A DNA stretch of 11,361 nt from Myxococcales bacterium (GTDB lineage: Bacteria > Desulfobacterota > Binatia > HRBIN30): assembly GCA_037445065.1 (NCBI GenBank), contig JBBILD010000037.1:1-11361 (forward strand). Direction: 5' to 3'. Each line of letters begins with the position of its first letter. Within the stretch, counting starts at the first letter, position 1. Position numbers and translations under genes: made by a program. The notes under the pieces are model-generated. The model was not told the DNA's origin. It did no database searches and worked only from the letters and a program-made list of their open reading frames with translations. Positions 6,155 through 11,361 of this stretch are shown piece after piece.

Positions 6155-8625
6155 TCAATGAGCCCCGGCGCCGGCCACGGACAACGTTTGCGCGGCGCTC
6201 GACGTCGGGCAGCCACCAAGGGCATTGTTGACTCCATGGACGAGTTCGTCGACGGTCACCTGCCCATCCGCACTTTCGTCGGCAAGTACACAAGTGGCAA
6301 CACTCGCCTCTCCGAGGGCGATGTTCACGGAACGAATCAGTTCATGGATTTCCACCGTCCCATCGCCATCGCAATCAGTCGTGCAAAGCCGTGCTCGGCG
6401 AATCGGGGAGGCCAGTAACACCGAAATGTGATCGTAAAAATCAGCCACCACGGCATCGAGCGCCCCGTCGCCGTTCAGGTCTTCGAGTAAAAAGGTGCTG
6501 GGGTTGGAGGCGCCGGCGGCAAAGGACTGCGGCGGCCCAAACGTTCCGTCGCCGCGGCCAGCCAGCACCGAAAGCGCCCTGTCTTCCAGCCTCACCAGAT
6601 CGAGGTGGCCATCACCCGTTAGTTCGCCAAGGCCCAGGTCAGTCCCTCCGAGAGTGGCTGAAATCCACGGTCCGAAGGTACCATCACCGCGACCGAGCAA
6701 CGCCCCGTCCTTGTCAATCAAATCGAGATTGAGATCACCGTTCACGTCACCCAACGCAACAGAGCTCGGATCCGCAACGACCGACACCGGCTCCGCGAAC
6801 GTGCCATCACCTTTTCCGAACAGGACCACAACGTGCTCAAAGCTGCCCGTCACCACGTCGGGCCTTCTGTCCCGGTTCAGGTCTGCCACCGCTAACGTCT
6901 GTGTGGGCTCTTGCAACGGAGTCTCGATTGGCGGTTCGAATGTGCCGTCTCCGTTTCCACGAAGTACCGACACCGCGCCCGTGTGGGGAAGTGAGCTTAC
7001 GCGAGTATTGGTGACCACGTCGAGGTGACCGTCATCGTCGAAATCAGCAACCGAAAGGCCGCCGATCGACCCAACTCCCGCGGGAAACGTTCGCCGGGGC
7101 CCGAGCGCGCCATCTCCCGTGCCGAGCAGCACCACAATGTGTCTATCCTCTCTGTCGGTTACCAGAACATCAGGCCAACCGTCCTCGTTCACGTCGGCCA
7201 CCGCCTTGGCTTTGAGTGCCCCATTCCCAGCTTCAATGACCGACCCCAGTGCGAACGTGCCATCGCCAGCACCCAACAGCACGCGCACCTCGCCGGCTTA
7301 GGTGGCTACCACCAGGTCAGGCCGACGATCCCGGTTCATATCGGCTGAAGCCATGCTGGTCACAGGCAGCTTCATGCTCACCGGTGCCACGAAGGTGCCG
7401 TCACCACGGCCAAAGAACACAAACCCCCCGCTCACCAGGTCCAAAACGCCATCTGAATCGAGGTCGGCAAGAGCAAGCAACTCACCACCGGCGCCATCAA
7501 AAACCTGGCGGATTGCGAAGCCGCCCTCGCCGTCACCTAGGAGCACGAAGACTCGTTCGTCCGAGAAGCGACCGCTGGCGACGACGTCACCGTTACCGTC
7601 ACCGTCCACGTCCCCCACCGTTACCCCGGCAAACAAAGCGGAGTTTGGCGGTACGGTGAAGGTGGCCGGGGTGCGAAACGAGCCGTCCCCAGTCCCCAGC
7701 AAGACAGACAGGCCTGCCCCCGCAACGACAATGTCAGGCACGTTGTCGTGGTTGAAGTCATGAATCGTCGCCTTCTCGGCGCTCGTTGGGAGCGGTAGGG
7801 TCGTCGGCGCTCCGAAGGTCCCGTCCCCATTCCCAAGCAAAATCGAGAGATACTGCCAGTTTACCGCAACGAGGTCCAGAGCACCGTCCGCGTTGAGGTC
7901 AGCGATGCGTACCGTGTGGGGCGCCTGTTGCACCGAGACGTCCATCGGTGGGACTACGGAGAAAGTGCGCGCCGGATCTACAGTCCCATCTCCACGGCCT
8001 AAGAGTACAGAAGCCGTCTCGAGATACGTGTCGGCCGTCACGAGGTCCGGGACACCGTCGTGATTTACATCCGCCACGGTCACATCGCCAAACCTTGGGA
8101 CCGCGTCTAGGCGCGTGGCCTGCTCCATCCCAACGAAGCCGCCGTCGCCAGTGCCTAAGAACACCTGTACGGCCCCTCCACCCCAATCCCGCCGAGTCTT
8201 TCCACCCGAACCCAGTTGGCCACACCGTCCAGGTTCAGGTCTGCGAGCGTTTGCGAAGAAATCAACGCGAATGGTAAGGCAAACCGTGGTCCGGGAACAA
8301 ACTTCCCGTCGCCGCGCCCGAACAACACAAAGTGGCTTTGACTGAGCAGGTCAATGCGGCCGTCTCCGTTGAAGTCGGCTATCCCCACGCTGGCCTTGAC
8401 ATCCAGCCCAGGATATTGAGCTTGCCCGGCAAACAAGTCGCGAACCTCCCGAAGAGTCAGAGCGGTTGCATCTCTTGATAGAAAACGTCCCCGGAGATTT
8501 GCGCTCGACACGCTGCCGCTCGCATTCCCCACGGCAAGAAGAGCGACCAGGATGAGTGCGCCCCCCGGCACAAGCACTCGATGTACTGCGACACGGTCTG
8601 TAGGAGGAACGAGAGGGATCTTCAT
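6155..8625 (-). pseudogene. Secreted FG-GAP/VCBS-repeat beta-propeller protein with C-terminal dockerin-like domain (~823 aa if repaired), disrupted by one frameshift and one nonsense codon
   Basis: ATG 8625 overlaps the upstream stop (ATGA). A signal-peptide-like segment GGALILVALLAVGNASG is followed by more than ten D(F/L/V)NxDGxxD...LLGxGDGTF repeats running across three track ORFs. There is a frameshift at about 8170-8215, and an in-frame TAA at 7298-7300 within PDLVVAT*AGEVRVLLGAGDG. Confidence 0.88.
6206..6385 (-). other. Cys-flanked dockerin-like (duplicated EF-hand-like) C-terminal domain
   Basis: CTTDCDGDGTVEIHELIRSVNIALG...CVLADESADGQVTVDELVHGVNNALGGCP contains two DxxxDGxVxxxEL...VN.ALG repeats. 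Confidence 0.85.
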
Positions 8626-10300
8626 TGCGCATCCCCCTGTTGGCACTTTGGGGGCGTGGTGTTGATAAAGACTCTGTATCCGTCGCACCGCCCCTGGAAG
8701 AGGTCGAGACAGTCGTCACCGTTGATGTCCAGGAAAGCGAAATCATGCACGGGTTCCCCTGTCTGAAAGTTCTGGTCTTGCGTTGCCAGCGGCCAGGGAT
8801 CTTGTAACGGCGAGCAGTCCGTATTGACCGCGCACGCTTCACCGGTCACCGCGCATTCCCCACCTTGACACAGATTTGTGGCCACAACGTTGCGCAGGAG
8901 GGCGAAGGTACAATGGGGCGACAGCGGGTTCTCGTTACTCGGCCGAGCGCATGAGGTGGCGAAATCCACATCGACGTCGGCAACGGCTAAATCCATATAT
9001 CCATCGCCGTCGATGTCGGTTATTTGGACGTTTCCGCCGAAAACCTGGGTGCGCTGGCTTGGCGCCGTGTAAGCGCGGTATGAAGTTGGCCCCGCGGCGA
9101 GGTAGACCTTGTCCTCGTGGTCGTCCACGACGTAGAAATCCAGCCGTCCGTCGTTGTTCAGATTCCCAGTGGTGAACATGTAAGGCTCTTTCAGATCGAG
9201 GATATCCTGGGTGCTGGATGCGCCCCTCCAAGTAAAGTGAGCGTCGCCACTGTTGCGCAGGATGAATACCCCGGTGCCGTCGGTGCTCGAGAGCACGTTC
9301 GGCTTCCACGGGAAGACGGAGTCGAGGGTGGATATCTTGATGATACCCATCGTGTTGGTCGTTCCACTCTGGCGAAGGTTGCGAATTTCGGCCGCCGTTC
9401 CGAACGCAACGTTGGCGTATAAACCGAGCCGGTTCACGGGCGACTGACTCTCGTCAACAAACCTGCCGGTCGCGTCTGCCCCTATGATCTTGTTCATCAA
9501 CAACACGTTCTTGTCGGACCGGATCGTTGTGTCTGCTTCGCCAGCGCAGGCTTTAGCGTAGTTAGAGAAGTAAAGATCGAGGTCGCCGTCCTGATCCACG
9601 TCACCGCCCGCAACCGCGCAGAAGCGCTTGGCCGGCACTGAAAACCCTCCCGGCGTCGGAGACACCGGGGGCAGCCAATTATCTGCGAGGGTGAATCCCT
9701 GCCAGGCCGAGCAACGCCCCCCTTGTTGCGGTAGAAAGTCGGGTTTTCGTTGCACGTGTTGGCAATGGCCAGGTCCGCAGTGCCATCCCGCTTCAGGTCG
9801 GCTACAAACACGTCGCGCGCATTGGTGTGCGCCGGCGGTGCAGGCTCGCTGCTCGAAGCAGCCACAAACTTGCTGCTGCTGGCGTCGGTCAGCACCCCGT
9901 TCCGATTGAGAAGAAGCAACGCCGCTCTTGGGCCATTCGTTGAAGAGGGCTCCTTGCGCACAACGATGATGTCCTGCCATCCGTCGCCATCGAAGTCCCC
10001 TACCGCCATGTCCTTTTCCTCCGGGTCCCCCGCGGGAACACTGGCCAACACGAGGCGCCTTGCCGTCTCGTCCCGGAAGGTCACCCAGGCAGGGGTGGGT
10101 GGCGGCGGGCCAGGGGTCGGTGTGGGCTCACTCCAACTCACTCGGAGCACCGGCCGATTCTCGGGCGTGGGGTCTTCACCGCTGCGAGTGCGGATCCGAT
10201 CGCCCCGGTGCTCGGCTGCCACCCGCAACACCGGGGTTATTTGCCCGCTAACTCTGAGCCCACCTAACTGCCAACCTAGCCGCCGCCGTGCGGTGTACAT
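8622..10300 (-). pseudogene. FG-GAP/VCBS-repeat protein (~559 aa if repaired) split by a frameshift, with a probably truncated N-terminus
   Basis: SD GGGAGG before ATG 10300. FG-GAP motifs GDFDGDGWQD and ADLKRDGTAD are in the 9497..10300 frame up to FYRNKGG. GDVDQDGDLD, GNLNNDGRLD, DIDGDGYMD and DINGDDCLD are in the 8622..9980 frame. The switch falls at or near a G6 run (9717-9722). Confidence 0.85.
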
Positions 10301-10417
10301 GGCCGTGTCCTCCCCTCCCTTTGATTGGCTTTTCTCACCGTGCTCTGTGCGGACTGCTCGACCTTCCGTTTCTGCACCGAACCTGCCTTCTTAAACGCTC
10401 GCGACGGCCAAAAAGTT

Positions 10418-10442
10418 CCCAGAAAATGCATTTTTTTCTGGG
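10418..10442. promoter_or_regulatory. AT-rich palindrome upstream of the FG-GAP operon (possible operator)
   Basis: CCCAGAAAA-N7-TTTTCTGGG containing the perfect palindrome AAAATGCATTTT (10423-10434), about 120 nt upstream of ATG 10300. Confidence 0.4.
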
Positions 10443-11060
10443 CCGGCTGCTTGGGCTTTGCTGCCGGAGTTGTATGCATTGCCTCTGCGCGGGAGCCTGC
10501 CTGCACAAACGCCCCAGGGGCTAGGGGTTGCTTCTACCCGACGTGCCGGGTTGGCTGCCCATCCTGGAACGGCCAGTGCGAGGCGGGCCACGGGGGCCAA
10601 TGAACGATGCAGGGCTTTCCGGGCAGCGTCGAGCAACTCGGTGGTGTAGGCGAGGCTCTTTTGCCCTCGGACACGACTCTTTGCGGGCGTTTCCCACCGG
10701 AGTGGCGCCTCGTCGGGCACGGTCTGCGAAAGCAGGAGTGCGCTGCACTGCACAGCACAGCGCGCTGTGGGTTTCCCAGTCGCGGCACAGCACCGCGGTG
10801 GGGGCGGCTCGGTACAAGCGCTGCGCGCCGGCTCCCGGGCGGCCCGCTGTTGCCACAGGGGCCCGGTGCCAACATCTCCACGCGCGCAGAGTGGCCTGTG
10901 ATGCGCCGTGGCCTCAACACGGCCCGCATTAAGGGGTGGCACGGGTCATCGCGAGCCGGCCCGCATGCAAAGGAGAGCGATAAGTGAGACCCGCCGTGGT
11001 TGCTCGTCTTCCAGTCACCGGCGATCACCGCGCAACGGTGGTTCCCTGGAACGCCCATGA

Positions 11061-11361
11061 GTGCACGTGTGCGAGCGAGAGAAATCGCGCGCTCTGGTGG
11101 GCGAGGAAGGCGCGGGCGGCAAGCCGACTTTGCCAGAACAGGTGGTCCATCTCGACCCGATCGGAGCTTCGACCGACTTCGCCGTGCTCGCGCGCGAGCG
11201 CGCCTTGTTCTGGAGCTATCGGGCCGACCCTGAGGTGTTGGGACTGCTCGATCGCGCCCACCAGCGGCTGCGCAAAAAGCCCATTCCCGTGCTTGATCTC
11301 AGTGGGCTCACCGATGCCTGGTCGTTCTTGCGTGCCGGCCGCCCTGCGGCCACGGTGTTGA
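11061..11361 (+). pseudogene. C-terminal fragment of an M28-family (Zn) peptidase-like gene, running off the right edge
   Basis: Manual translation of the frame after TGA 11058-11060: VHVCEREKSRALVGEEGAGGKPTLPEQVVHLDPIGASTDFAVLARERALFWSYRADPEVLGLLDRAHQRLRKKPIPVLDLSGLTDAWSFLRAGRPAATVL. This matches the M28 pattern GSR...vxNLDxiG...(S/T)DxxxFxxxGxPa. It is absent from the ORF track because no stop lies within the window. Confidence 0.6.

Noticed and set aside
10500..11057. Overlapping 110-180 aa ORFs, GC palindromes (CACAGCGCGCTGTG 10756-10769) and possible IS remnants
   Set aside because: No transposase motifs, terminal inverted repeats or target duplications are visible. No frame is convincingly coding, and short GC palindromes can arise by chance here.

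Overview
A GC-rich bacterial chromosomal window. The Thr/Pro-linker surface protein and the Cys-flanked dockerin-like C-terminus resemble proteins of Candidatus Binatia/Binatota or related lineages; this is an inference. Left half, intact genes: the 3' end of a secreted Ig-like (Big-1/invasin-type) repeat protein with a terminator, and ddl (D-Ala-D-Ala ligase, minus strand). Divergent from ddl is a 60-codon leader ORF with mutually exclusive antiterminator/terminator hairpins in front of a small XRE-type HTH regulator and a small membrane protein. Converging on these are a multi-pass membrane protein and an EamA/DMT transporter. Right half, decaying accessory DNA: two translationally coupled FG-GAP/VCBS repeat genes broken by two frameshifts and one in-frame TAA, a degenerate FG-GAP relic, a long rod-like hairpin, and a 5'-truncated M28-peptidase-like fragment that the ORF track misses. 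The best candidate for a novel system is the whiB7-style ribosome-dependent attenuator controlling an XRE regulator next to ddl.
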